The notes: a model not told the origin generated them from the letters alone. 64,000 nucleotides of DNA from Octopus vulgaris (GCA_951406725.2 OX597823.1:69068001-69132000); one strand, 5' to 3'; positions 36,150 to 49,470 are shown, numbered from the stretch's first letter. Translations and numbers: made by a program.

Positions 36150-36920
36150 TGGCAAAGAGTGATAACCAGAAAGCTTATGATGATATCCCCTACTCATGGA
36201 TTCTGGAAATATTAGACATCAGTAAAGCAGTACCAACCATTCAAGGGTAAAAAATAAACAATTTTACTAATCTAAACAAAAATAATTGTGAAAACTAATC
36301 TCGTCCCAATCAAAAGAGATTATTCCGAGTATCTCCTTCTGTCAACTTCTATTCAGTTTATTGAAAACGTATTTGACCAATAACTAAATCAGACTGCATC
36401 AGAAACTAGTGTTATAGGATTGCAATCAACTATCTATCTCCTCTATACAGATGATTCTCCATAAAAAGGAGATGGTATGTTTGATATAACAGACAATTAG
36501 AAATCTTGTTACATAAAGTCAGTGAGGAAATTGGCTAGGAGAACAGTTTGGAAAAATACACCAAGGCAACCTTTTACAAAGAAAAATTAATTAAAAAAAA
36601 CATTAATATCATGTTGGATAAAGAAATTATATAAAGACCAAAGACAGACTTCCAAATACTTGGAAATTAATGAAGTAGAGAGAATACAGTATACACAAAT
36701 CAAAGAAAAGGTTAGAATGGGCAATTATAGTCAGACATGGTAGATTAATACTTAAATTTGAGTTAATTACAAAAACAACAATAGTCTAAATATTGTAGAA
36801 AAAAAAGTTGTTACAGTAATAATATTCTCAACTAGAAGTTCAATGATTTAGCAAGACTAGACAGAAAAGCAAGAAAAATAATGAGCAAGTTTGAAATACT
36901 TGATTCAAAAGCCAATAAAT
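36150..36920 (+). pseudogene. Highly decayed R4/Dong-like RT
   Basis: DNQKAYDDIPYSWILEIL, YLLYTDD and LDRKARKIM peptides in order. Confidence 0.6.
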
Positions 36921-37307
36921 AAGAAATTGGGACAGTTAAGAAAATATGAGAACAAAAGGAAAGGGAAGGGAAAGTAGATGAAGTAAAAAAGTAAAAAAAA
37001 AAAGTGAAGAAATGGAAGTATTAAAACTGGGTAAATGAAGTTACACAGTAAATAAATAAATTAGTGTCTCCAAGCTGATAATGAATATACTAGCTTAAAC
37101 TTTAATGTGAAACAGTTTCAATGTATTTAATGTTATCAGGTACAAGTTTTGATTTATTATCTTTAAGCAATTAATATAACCAATCTTATATGTTGTGATC
37201 TTGTTATGTCTGTTCCACAATATATTCCTCTTTTTCAATGGCTATAGGCTTCTACCAATCCTCTAAAATATCAAATATATATATATGTTATGGGAAGAAT
37301 AATAATT

Positions 37308-37640
37308 AAGGTGGCGAGCTGGCAGAATCGTCAGCAAGCCAGGCGAAATGCTTAGTGGTATTTTGTCTCGACTTTGCCTTTCATCGATTAAATAAGTACC
37401 AGTTACACATTGGGTTCGATGTAATCGACTTAATCCGTTTGTCTGTCCTTGTTTGTCCTCTCTGTGTTTAGTCCCTTGAGGGTAGTAAAGAAATAGGTAT
37501 TTCGTGTGTCATTACGTTCTGAGTTCAAATTCCGCCGAAGTCGACTTTGCCTTTCATCCTTTCAGGGTCAATTAAGTACTAGTTACGTACTGGCCTATCC
37601 TTGTTTGTCCTCTCTACGTTCAGCAATATAGAAATAAATA
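37308..37640 (+). mobile_element. Family D SINE with duplicated body, nested in the putative LTR
   Basis: Head aaggtggcgagctggcagaa and two bodies, flanked by (AAT)n. Confidence 0.88.
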
Positions 37641-37790
37641 ATAATAATAATAATGGAACACCCCTTCCCACACGACGAGTAGTATTTGATAGTCGTTACA
37701 AATACTGTGATGTCGAGAAATCTGAAAGTCGGTCATAGATAGTTGTGTCTTACTTGGACGTTATAACAGTCCGACGTTGGATTACAACAG

Positions 37791-37802
37791 TGGCGACGAG
37801 GA
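37791..37802 (+). promoter_or_regulatory. Primer binding site complementary to the tRNA-Ser(GCU) 3' end
   Basis: TGGCGACGAGGA lies one base after ...CAACA and is complementary to ...UCCUCGUCG-CCA. Confidence 0.75.
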
Positions 37803-38288
37803 ATTAACGAACTCACAAGTAGTTACGAAACTCACAAAAGTTTTTTTGTGCAAATTTAACGGTATACAAAAGCGTAAAATTATGGATATTTTGTTGGCCG
37901 GTTTGCTCGAGTTGCAAATACAGCAACATCAACAACTTTGGGAACAGCAGCAGCAGCTGCTGCAGGAACAGCAGCAACAACAATTATTATTACAACACCA
38001 AATGCTGAAATTAATGAATAGTAAGTCATCCAAAAATGCTGAAAAGATGTTCTCACCAGATTGTGCTGCAAACTCAATGACGGAATTTAAATATGAACCA
38101 GACGAAGGAGTTCGAGGATTACTATAGAAGATATGAACATGACTTCAATAAACAGTGCAAAGATTAGGATGACGATAGGAAAACGTGCCTAATCCTAAGA
38201 AAACTGGCAGCAGGAGAACATGAGCATAACAGCAATTATGTACTCCCGTAAAAACCTCCTGACATAATATTTAAAAATACAATAGACA

Positions 38289-38712
38289 TCTTCTTTATAT
38301 ATAAAAGTGAAGTTGTGTGCCTGTCTCCTACGATTTAGATTCCTAACTACTCCCACATTTTGCAGTGCAGTTTAACCAAAACCGGGTATCTTATAGTCGT
38401 GATTCATTTCGAGCCCTTCTGGGTATTAGCGCGCGTCTATGATGAGTCAACGATTTTTAAAAAAATTCCTAACTACTCCCACATTTCGCAGTGCAGTTTA
38501 ACCAAAACCGGGTATCTTATAGTCGTGATTCATTTCGAGCCCTTCTGGGTATTAGCGCGCGTCTATGATGAGTCAACGATTTTAAAAAAATTTACCATCA
38601 TTTTTTTTCATTTTTAATGCATTTTTTGCTATTTTTTGGCTATAACTCTCTAAAAAATGCTTATATAGTTATTTCCCTTACAAACCCGAGCAACGCCGGG
38701 CGATACTGCTAG
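38289..38712 (+). mobile_element. Non-autonomous Helitron inserted in Gypsy gag
   Basis: A|TC start, subterminal hairpin CCCGAGCAACGCCGGG, CTAG|T end and an internal about 126-bp tandem duplication. Removing it restores the gag frame TIDILYKIFSENSSLFN. Confidence 0.92.
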
Positions 38713-40694
38713 TATTGTATAAAATTTTTAGCGAGAACAGCTCATTGTTCAATACATGCTGGAAATGTTTGAACCTAGAAAAGGCAGAGGAGGACTATAT
38801 CACATATGCTGGTAGAGTTAACAGAGAATGTGAATAGTTCAAACTGAGCAAATTAATGCCAGATATGTTCAACTGTCTGATATTTTCTCAGGAACTAACT
38901 GCAGAAAAAGACGCTGAAGTAAGAACAAAAATTTTCGCTAGGATGGAACAAAACCAAATTGTAAACTTAAACAAGTGTCAGAAGAGTGTGAAAGAATAGT
39001 AAATTTATGATGCGACACAGAGAAAATTGAACATAAAGATTGCTCTTAAGTGAAACAAGTGCGAAATAGGCAGAGTAAAAATCAAGTGCGTACTAAAATA
39101 TAGCACAAACAGAACAAAAATCAGGAAACAAACCTTTGTTTTGCATGTGGAGGTCTACACTTGTGAAAAACCGCCCATTTAAGAAAAACTGCCCCTTTTT
39201 CCGTTTTGGAAAAATTGGACACGTAAAAGCCCACTGTAAAACCAAGATGATAAAGCGTTGGAACAAAGATAAAAGAATAAACAAGATATCGTTAAAAAAA
39301 AATGGAAATATAACAAAGAGGAAATTCATAAATGTGAAAACTGATAATATAAGAGTAAAAATGCAATTAGATACTGGAAGTGAATGAAGAAACTTGGAAG
39401 TATATCGCTAAGTCAAAATTAAGTAAATCCACAAATGTAGCACATGGTGTTATGGGTAAAATATTGTATTATGTAAATGAATATGTGTGTAATGTGACAT
39501 TTCATGACCAAATGAAAACGGCAAACGTATATGTGTTAAAAAATACAGTTAATCTGTTCATCGTGGAGTGGATGGAACTATTTGAATTGTGGAATAAGCT
39601 CATAAGTGTTTTGTGTGGGAATATAGTCGGTTCAGTCGAAGGTTCGAATGTGGTTGAGCGATTGAATCGAAAAATAAAACATTCATTTCTCGGATGAACT
39701 GGGCTGCTGCACAAAACGAAGGCAAAAGTTGCAGTAAAACGAAGTGCAATACCTGTATTTAGACCAAAACGGAATGTACCATTTGTGGCATTAGAACAGG
39801 TAAATAAGGAACTTATAAGACTTGAGAGCCTAGGATTAATTGAGAAGTCAGACCACTCAGATTGGGCAGCACCTAGTCTATGTAAAAAGAATAATAATAC
39901 ATTAAGAGTTTGTGCAGATTTTTTAACGAGTTTAAATGATTGCTTAAGCTCACATAACTATCCCTTGCTGTGTCCTGAGGAAGTGTTTGCAAAATTGTAT
40001 GGAGGGAAATTCTTCTCAAAATTAGACCTCTCGGAAGCATATTTACAAATCCAAGTAGAAGAAGAATGTTCACACTTATCAGCCATTAATACACACTGTG
40101 GCTCATTTACATACATATATTTCAATACATATAGGGACAGAGAGCAAAGATACACACTTTTGTAGAGACTGGCTACTTGATGGATGTAAATTTTTTAATA
40201 ATGAAGTATTTTATTTTGTGACATTGTTTTTGAAAACTAAGAAGTTATATTTAACATAAATGACAGGCATCATTTTTCTGCTGAGATAGTCTTTACAAAA
40301 GGTTAAGACCCAAGAGAAATAACAAAGGTTAAGACCCAAAAGGAATAAACAAAAATTAAGTCCCCAGAGGAATAATAATGAGCTCCCATAAGTGCGTAAG
40401 TAAATACCAAAACTGCAAACTTATGGGAAAAAGATGAGATGAAATTTCTAAATAACGAATGTATCAAACTATTTTATGTTTTCATATTTGTTAACATCTG
40501 CAGCTGGAGCAAGCCAACCAAGCACCAAGGAAGACAGATACAGTGCACAAATTGTGGAAGCTCTTCCTAGCAATTTTAAACTCACTGTAAACAATTGGAT
40601 ATATATGCTGATCAGATGGTCATAGTGATCAGCTAAAAGTACCACAGAACAAGGACTTCGCCCAATCACACCCTTGGGCTCTTGTATTGATAGT

Positions 40695-40962
40695 AAGAAT
40701 TTCAAACCTTGTAGGATGTTTCTCTATTTTCCTTGATTAAGTAGGTCCTTCCTCCTGTTATAGAAGCCAACAATGTTGAAGCAACATTTACAAAACTTTC
40801 ATCCACATAAGAATAAAGACAAAAGTTGTTCCAAAAGTCAAGGAAGTGGCCTCAAAAAGATGAAGCTAGATTCAACTGGAGCATCACAAGAATTGAACCA
40901 AAAGATCATTGAAGCTTTTTACACTATAGCATTGGAGTTAGCAAAGCAGAATAAAACACACA
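40695..40962 (+). pseudogene. hAT (Buster/Charlie-like) transposase fragment
   Basis: LKQHLQNFHPHKNKD...LKKMKLDSTG...KIIEAFYTIALELAKQNKTH resembles the HL...HP ... EASY.VA..IAK.KKPH region. Confidence 0.65.
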
Positions 40963-41275
40963 TGAGGGTTGTTCATTAAAGATTTCCCCTGACCCACTTC
41001 CCAAGGACAAGGATAAACAGAACTTGGCATAATTATTAGTCCTTCTCTACATAGCCATCCCCAATGGTGACACACGTCTCCCATTGCTTTATGCAACTGG
41101 GAAGACCTCATCTGTATAAGTTGGTAGGTTGTGTTTGGAGCCAAGACTTTACTTCAGAAATAAGTTCATCATCATCCAAAAAGTGGTTCCTCTTCAAAAA
41201 AGAATTCACGGTTGGAAAGAGGCAGAAGTCAAATGGTGTGAGGTCAGGAGAATAATGGGGATGTGGAAGGATTTC
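40963..41275 (-). mobile_element. Mariner transposase C-terminus and 3' end
   Basis: LPHPHYSPDLTPFDFCLFP...F.DDDELISEVKSWL...WETCVTIGDGYVE (YSPDL motif). Confidence 0.85.
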
Positions 41276-41299
41276 CACAAAGAAATTATAGGTTAAAAT

Positions 41300-43400
41300 A
41301 TAGAGAAACTATCTTCCAGGAATATTCCCTTTGAAATATTTATGGCATTGGAAATTATTGTTTCACTCTGTTTTAAGTGTCAGGATTGTGGTTCAGGTCT
41401 TTGTGAGCCTGTCAGTGACAGCAATTAAAGTAGCAGACACTTTTGCCAAATGGAGACACTTCAGCAGCCATGAGTGGGGAATAGAATCAAATACCTTCCT
41501 ATAATCAAGCCATACTGTTGTAAGGCTTCTACGATGTTTTTTTTTATAGCAGATATTACAGCTTTGTTTATCAAAAGTTGTTTGGCACATCCCTACACTC
41601 CTTCTTTGCACCAGCCTGCTCATCAGTCACTTTATTGTTGGATTTACAATGGTCCTGGAAGAATTGTTTGAAGCAGCTTGAGTACAGTTTGTACATAATG
41701 TTTAGGCAAGCAAGAGCCTGTAGTTTGCAGGCTGTTCAGTGGTTTCATTCTTGGCCAAGGGATTCGTCCACACTATAGCAAGCCAATTTGGTAAGTTAAT
41801 CTGACCTTTCATAGTTCTTTTGAATATACTTATTAAGGATTTTCAGTAAAGTGTTAGCCTCTTATACCAGTATCTATTTATTGGATCCCTTCCAGGCGTC
41901 TTTCCATTATGCAGTTTTTCTACAGCTATGGTGATCATTTCTGGGTCAATTGCATATGTTCTACTGTTCATGCTGCTACAGTATACACTCTTTTCTGCAT
42001 TTAGTCACAATACATTGAGGTTGCGATTCCTCTTTTCAGACGACTGCGTTGGTATGGCCATGTGGCGAGAATGGATGTGGATAGCTGTGTGAAAAAGTGC
42101 CACACCCTTTTAAGGGTTGAGGGAACCTGTGGAAGAGGTAGACCTGGGATGAGGTGGTGAAGCACAACCTTCGAACATTGGGCCTCACTGAAGCAATGAC
42201 TAGTGACCAAGACCTTTGGAAATATGCTGTGCTTGAGAAGACTTGGGAAGCCAAGTGAGACCATAACCTCGTGGCCTATGCCAGGGGTGTAACCAGCCCA
42301 CTTATGCGTACCTTCCCTTCATTGGACACTAAACTCTGCTTGTGAAGACCTGTTGAGGCAAATGAAATTGAAATCGAAATCAAATTCGATGACTGGCTTT
42401 CATACTAGTGGAGCATTATAAGAGTACCATCCAAGTGTGATCGTTGCCAGAGCAACAAATTGGCTTCCATGCCAGTAGCATGTAAAAAGCATTATTCGAC
42501 CGTGATCGTTACCAGCGTTGCCTTACTGGCATGTGAAAAAACATTCAAGCAAGGTCATTGCCAGTGCCACTGGACTGGCTCCTGTATAAGTGGCACATAA
42601 AAAGCACCATTTGATCGTGGATGTTGCCAGTACCGCCTGACTGACCCTTGTGCCGGTGGCACATAAAAGCACCCACTACACTCTTGGAGTGGTTGGCGTT
42701 AGGAAGGGCATCCAGCTGTAGAAACTCTGCCAGATCAGATTGAAGCCTGGTGCAGCCACCTGGTTTGCCAGACCTCGGTTGAATCGTCCAACCCATGCTA
42801 GCATGGAAAACAGATGTTAAACTATGATGATGATGATGATGATGATTCCAGATTTTCAACCAGAATGAATCAAGATTTTCTTGAGAAGGGGCTTTCTTAA
42901 CAGTAATATTTTCTTTCCTCATCTCTCTATATACTGTTTGTGAGTTAGCAGGAAACATCTATGTTTCAGAGTAATTAACCTCCCCTTAAGAGCTTGTTTG
43001 AAGAGTTACCATACAGTTTTGTTCATTTGTCTATAAGATGTAACTGATGAGGTTTAAACTCACTGTTCTTCTTGCATTTTATTATTGTGATTAACCAACC
43101 AATATGGCAGCATAGATTTCATCAAGCTTTGTTTTCCATCTAGGTTGTTTTGGTTTTGTACTTTCATTACCATGTATGCTACAGATTTCTTTAAGATTTA
43201 TAGCAGTTGTGCATATGAGGGTATTAATACTCCAGTAATTAACATTAACCATGTGCTCCCCAGTGACATCATCGATAATTTTCAACATTAGAGCTGTTGG
43301 ATTTTTCTTAATCTTGTTAAGAACAGCCTGATGTATGTATGTATGATTTTTCTTTGAGTTCTTCTTGGGAGATTTCAAGCCGGTTGCTGACAAAGCAACA
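41300..43400 (-). pseudogene. R4/Dong-clade retrotransposon relic split by an RTE insertion
   Basis: FPANSQTVYREM...LDSFWLKIWN lies on one side, and GCAKQLLINK and VWLDYRKVFDSIPHSWLLKCL on the other. Confidence 0.82.
42031..42843 (+). mobile_element. 5'-truncated RTE LINE: ORF end, 3' UTR with tandem units, (GAT)n tail
   Basis: RLRWYGHVARMD...VEGTCGRGRP...DEVVKHNLRTLGLTEAMTSDQDLWKYAV is contiguous with the family-B UTR. A possible TSD GATTCC lies at 42025-42030 and 42844-42849. Confidence 0.92.
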
Positions 43401-45807
43401 AGACTTATTGAGTTAAGAGAGTTCCTGGTGTTTTACACATGTGGTTGAGTTGATGTGTTGGTTGAACTGTCGATGCTTACACCCAAGTGTGAGCATCTAT
43501 TCACATAAGAATCATACATAATGCTATATCTCACATTTTCAAGTAAAGTTCACGTTTATAATTTATAAGCATTGTATCATCTTAACCATGCAAACACACT
43601 TTCAAGCAAGTAATACAAAAGTTGCAGTCTTATAGTAAAATTGGAAACATTAAACATTTTCAACCTATGACACTGCAAATAGCAATACTTTGCTTAATTC
43701 ATCATATTCTCTTGCTTTCCATCATCATAATGCTTTTAATCATCCGAATGTCATGTGATATAAATTCCTTCCAGACAATTACTTATCATCAAAGAATGCA
43801 TTAAGATTTTATATCCTATTTTTAGTTTTAGAAACAAAATGTATTCATCTTGTGTAGAAATGTTATATTCCAGTGCTTCAGTAAATATGATTTACAAATC
43901 ATATTTATCAATAATAAACTATTTCTGGTACTTACAAGTTTGATCTATGTACGCAATTGTGTGTGCTCAGCTTAGAGAATAAAATCCACTATGATATGCA
44001 TAATGACATTTTGACACTGGTTGACTGTTTCTGGTTAACTCTTTCCTTCAACGTGTTTACATGATGAGAGTTTATCAGCAGAAGCTTCTATATACTATAA
44101 AAAATTTCTTTTTAAATGTATGTTCTATGCGATAGTTTTTTTTTCTCTGAGAAATACTTTTATTTAATCAAGAATTATCAAGAGCTCTGATAACCTGTTC
44201 AAAATTCTGACATTTTGTTGTTTCTTTTATATTTTGCTTTTTTTAATATATTCACCTCAGCCCCTCTCCTCTAAAGTAACAAATAGTTTCAAATAATTAA
44301 TTACTAATTAGCTTTCTGACCTTGTGACATTACATAGCCTTGACTGTTGAAACAAACAATACCACTTTTCAATTGCTAATAGTAAAGACAAATTACCCTC
44401 TCACAAATAATGAGTGGTTAACAAGTTGTCTTCATCTAACCAATCTCATGAATATGCTAAAATGTGTTTCACTATCCTTTGATACATATACATATGATTA
44501 ATACATAGTTTCCGCTAAACAACCATTTTGCTCAATTTTCTAACTTTAAGAGTGGGAGGGAACTATTATGAAACAGTTTGATAAAACATGGTTAATTTAA
44601 TATGCATTCATGTTTTTGTATCTCTTTTTGTGTGTGTTTTAATGGCTCAGTAAAGAACAGGAACAGGGGAAGTGCTTATGACTTTGGCATGACCTCTCAA
44701 CTGTGGGAGTTGGACATTTCATTTTAACTTCTATTTCATCAGTAGTACATAATTTCTTTTTAGTAAATGGAAAAAACATTCAAATACATTTAATCTTGAT
44801 TGCACGTTGTTATGTTGTGCAAGACTCTCTTGCACTCACTTTCTCTCTCTCTCTCCTTCTAGTTTTTCTCATCTTCTTTTGGTTAAAGTTCCTGTTATAG
44901 ATTTTTTTAATGGTGTAGTTTTAGTTTAACTCTGTGTCAGTCCTGGTTCAGCAAATATTGTAACCTTGATCCTTATATCTTGTTTATGCATGGTGCATAA
45001 AAAACTATTTTATCTAATGTCCCTTATTTAAAAGATATGGCAAGTGTGATATGAGGGAGATTTAGCTCTAATTTCTATCAGGTTAAGTAATCACTTACAG
45101 GTATTCTTATCTTTGCCTGTACAATTTCTAGAGGTCGAAGTATTTAGATGATGCATTATTAATTCAGCAGTTAAGATCCATTTCTTTCTATCAAACTCAA
45201 TGAGGCAGTTCCCATAAATAAAATCTAATTTGAAAACTAATAAATTAAATATGATATAATTTAAAATATTCATCCAGAAAGGAATATTGTGAATAAATGC
45301 ATGAAACATTTTGATATATTTCTTTATATGATAACAGAAAGATATGATTTATTATTCTTTTTTCTTGAGTAGAAGCAATTTCTTTTATTCTTATATTTTA
45401 TTCTTTCTAGATTTGCAGATATGAGGGAAAATGTACAAGATATAAAAATTTACTAATAAATATTTTCTAATATTGATCACTGTGACACTGACATCTTACA
45501 TATTTACTTCAAGTGGACTATAATGCAGGCCTGTGTTTTTCTTTTTTTATCATTTCCCAGAAAAGAAGTCTTTCTTGTTTTTTTACTAGTTTCAGTGGTT
45601 TAACTGGAAGTCACAGTGCAAGAGTTCTCCTCCCAATTCCTGTTAGGAATTTTTGCCAAACTTTATTTAACATTGCTTTCAATCTATATAATTTTTTCCT
45701 AATCTCAGAAAAAACAATTTCATATTCCCAAGCAAATTATTGTTTGGATGATGTGAGAAATAACGGGAAGATTTAATATAAACGCGAAATAATTGTTTGT
45801 AATTTGG

Positions 45808-45935
45808 GCACAAAGCCAGCAATTTTGAAGGGCAGGCTTTGTATGATCACCAGTATTTGACTGTTACTTTATTTTATCAACCTCAGAAGATTCAAAGGCA
45901 AAGTGAACTTAGGTGGAATTTGCAGTCAGACTCTA
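45808..45935 (-). mobile_element. Family D SINE fragment (another at about 46395-46525)
   Basis: cttattttatcaacc-like block followed by aaaggcaaagtgaac...ggaatttg. Confidence 0.65.
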
Positions 45936-45997
45936 AAGAGTCAGAATAAATATCACAATGTATTTTTCTTTTATGCCAAAAAGTTTTACTAATTGTA

Positions 45998-46361
45998 GGC
46001 GTAGGAATGGTTGTGTGGTTCCAGGTTCAGTCCCACTGCATGGCACCTTGGGCAAGTGTCTTCTACTATAGCCTTGGGCCAACCAAAGCCTTGTGAGTGG
46101 ATTTGGTAGATGGAAACTGAAAGAAGCCTGTCGTACATATGTATACATATATATAGGTATGTGTGTATATATGTTTGTGTGTCTGTGTTTGTACCCCTCC
46201 AACATCACTTGACAACCAATGCTGGTGTGTTTAGCAGTTCGGCAAAAGAGACTGATAGAATAAGTACTAGGCTTACAAAGAATAAGGCCTGGGGTCGAAT
46301 TGCTTGACTAAAGGCGATGCTCCAGCATGGCCAAAGTCAAATGACTGAAAAGGTAAAAGAG
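45998..46361 (+). mobile_element. Family A SINE with short internal deletions
   Basis: Head-to-tail match with TAATTGT on both flanks (possible TSD). Confidence 0.9.
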
Positions 46362-46695
46362 TAATTGTCAACCCAAGATAGTTTATAATTTAGGAACAAG
46401 ACCAACAATTTTGGGTTAACCAATTAAACTGAACCCAGTATTTAACTTGTACTTTATATTACTGACTCTGTATGGATTAAAGGTAAAGTTCACCAAGGTG
46501 GGATTTGGTCTGAGAATGTAAAGAGACTTATCCAAATGTAATACAAAGAATACAATCTATTGTCGATGCTTTATTGATTGTGCTTCCACTTCACACAGGC
46601 AGATATATGCAAATAAGTGAATAAAAAAGTGTACTCATTACAGATGTAGAGTAATACAGACATGCATATACACACACACACACACTCACATATAC

Positions 46696-46948
46696 AGGCA
46701 TAGCTGTGTGGTTAGAAGCTTGCTTCCCAATCACATGGTTGAGTTTAGTCCCACTGCATGGCACCTCAGGCAAGTGTTCTCTACTATAACTTTGGGCTGA
46801 CCAAAGCGTTGCAAGTGGATTTGGTAGACAGAAACTGAAAAAGGCTCATAGTATATACGTGTGTGTGTATGTGTGTTTGTACCCACCCACACACGCACAC
46901 ATACACACTGTTTGACTACTGGTGTTGCTGTGTTTACATCCCTGTAAC
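46696..46948 (+). mobile_element. Family A SINE, 3' truncated
   Basis: ggcatagctgtgtggtt...agtcccactgcatggcacctcaggcaagtgtt. Confidence 0.85.
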
Positions 46949-48893
46949 ACATCTATATATGCATAACGTATAAGAATGATTGGAGTACTTGCTACCAAAA
47001 TCTGGTCAGCTCAGGCATGATGACCTTGTTGGGCGATCAGAGTGCAGTGTATGCATGTTATCATGCAGCAGTGGATGAGTTTGAAATTGCCACTCAAACA
47101 AACGATTTGCAAACCTTGGTGAATTAAGAACTTTTTATGGCAAAAAGTATACAAAGGTTTCTGGCTAGGGAAAAAAATATGAGGATTTTTAAAAAGATAG
47201 TATGAATTTAGAGAAACGTGTGTATATGACCTGAAATATAACATACATGGTGAAAACAAAGATAGATGAAACAACACTACATTGATAATTTTATTGAAAT
47301 TATGAAGCGGGTTCAACAATGGATGATAAAAGTAGATCTGTGAAAAGTAAATATGTAAAATACTTTGATCCAAATATTTTCCCTTCAGATCCAAGTACAC
47401 TGAAATCAACTTTGATCATTTAACTGAAGAAGAGAAAAATTGATGCTGTGACTTTTACAAATCAGTATGAAATAATATTTGTTGAAAGTTAATAGGTGGA
47501 GTGAATTTTCAAAGAGACACATGATGAATTGGTTTTCCAAACCCTCAAGGACTGGCTTAATGCTATGCTTAACAATCCAGTTACAATTTCCAAAGCTACA
47601 CTTATGTCAATATTTGCATAAAATAATGGCAATTCAACCAGTGTTTAACTGAATTATGAAATGGTCTGCCTTATTAAACAGCACCAACTTTACGAGGAAT
47701 AATGCATACTAGCATTCATATTCTGATATCCTGATATTAGCCGCTGTGCTTAATTATACATTGATAATCATTCCCCAAAGCTGTCTACTTCATTCATATT
47801 TTAATTTGTTCATATTTTGTTACAAAGAAGAGAAAATTACAACCTCAAAATTTAATTATCTAGTTTTGAAGACAGAAATCCTTAATTTGGAGATAGTCCA
47901 CTACCCACTTTGCCAAAGCAATCTTGTAAAATTTCTCTCAGAGTGCCTGCCATCCATTGATTAACAGTATTTAGAAATTTGCATATTGACTTTACTTTGT
48001 TTGTATTTCTATAGTTTTCTTTCTTTCTTTTCTCATTCAACAATAGATCTTAAACAATTAACATCTTCCTAAATTAAATAAGAACACATTTCTCACAAGA
48101 ACACAAATATAGGAATTTTTTCATTAACATCCCTTATAGTTGCACTCCGCCAAAATTGAAACAAATTATGTCACATAACCCATACATGTTTATACAGGAC
48201 ATTCATACAGGTGTTTTTAATCCATGCCCACTACATGAATCATGTAGTGGGCATAATTTATGAGAGAATGGCCAAATCCATGGATATGAACCATAATGCA
48301 AACCTAAAACGATAAATTGAATTGACTAAAGGATCCTTCAAATTGTGTGTTTGCATTGCAACTACCAAACTCATATTCCTTTGATCAAAACCTGGAATAT
48401 TACAAAGCTTGCAAGCTTCATCTGGTATTTAAAGAATATGGTACACATTTAACTTAACATTAGCTAGAATATTGCCAAAGGCTAACAGAATGTAATACTA
48501 AAGAACTTGCCAAACCATCTGAATGCCAAAACACAGACTTCAGTTTCTGCATACACAAGACAAAATTTATACTTACACATTGGATACCCCTCTCATTGCC
48601 CTCTACGTTCCTTTTATCAAGAAGCATGGTTTAATATTTTCCTATAATATAATTTTATACTTTTATTATATTTTTTTCTGTTTTTACCAAGGTTTTCCCA
48701 GTCAAATTTTCTCCAAATTATTCTGAAAATTAGACTTTTCTGAATTTTTATTCCCTCATTTCTTTCTTTCTTCCCTCTTCCTTTTCTTGTAATCTTTCAC
48801 TCTCTCTGTCCCCATCATCCATACACATATGTATACACACATTCCTACATGTATACAAATATAGTAGTAGTAGCAGCAGCAGCAGTAGCAGTG

Positions 48894-48924
<31 letters not shown>

Positions 48925-49269
48925 CAGCAGCAGTAGTAGTAGTGTGTGTGTATGTGCTTTGGGTGGATGTACCATAAGCAAACAGCTAATGAGATAACCT
49001 CCTCCCTAAAATACAGGAGCACAATCCATTTCAATATACTTAAAAACTATAATTTTCCAACTACAAATTTCATATGTGTATACTCTAAGCAGTGTATGAA
49101 TTGACTTTTGGACACGTAGCATTTGTTTTTGAAATTTCTAGTCTCATGTGGACATAGACTAATTGTATTACTCATATGACCTGATGAGAGTCTAAAACAT
49201 TTTCTTTTTCTTTAATTTGAAATTAGCTTTTATCCTTCTGAATAAATAATAATAATTCTTTCTTTTATT

Positions 49270-49470
49270 AGCAGAAGGCCTGAAATTTTGTGGTAGGGGA
49301 CTAGTTGGTTGCATCAACTCTAGTGTTCAACTGGTACTGACTTCATCGACCTTGAACAGATGAAAGGTAGAGTCAACCTTCATGGAATTTGAACTCAATG
49401 TAAAACTGGCCGAAATGTCACTAAGCATTGTGCTTTGGCATGTTCATGGTTCTACCTGCTCGCTGCCTTA
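49270..49470 (-). mobile_element. Family D SINE
   Basis: actggtact...atcgacc...gatgaaaggtagagtcaacc...ggaatttgaactca...ctcgctgcctt. Confidence 0.8.

Larger units (their letters stand above)
37286..40108 (+). mobile_element. Decayed Gypsy (Mag / K02A2.6-like) LTR retrotransposon, 3' truncated
   Basis: Putative TG...CA LTR (37286-37789, start uncertain) and PBS. Gag runs from ATG 37882, with CCHC remnants about 39140-39237, protease MQLDTGS (about 39361) and RT WAAP...LRVCADF...FSKLDLSEAYLQI...INTHCG. There are many stops and frameshifts. Confidence 0.9.

Noticed and set aside
37882-38127. Poly-Q host protein
   Set aside because: It lies just after the PBS and continues into Gypsy gag motifs.
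47030-47700. Possible decayed hAT transposase
   Set aside because: Coding-like texture but too degenerate to assign by eye.
49181-49205. CTGATGA hammerhead candidates (also minus about 2685-2710, plus about 26060, about 43044, about 62126)
   Set aside because: They lack a properly placed GAAA and/or stems, and the heptamer is expected by chance in 64 kb.
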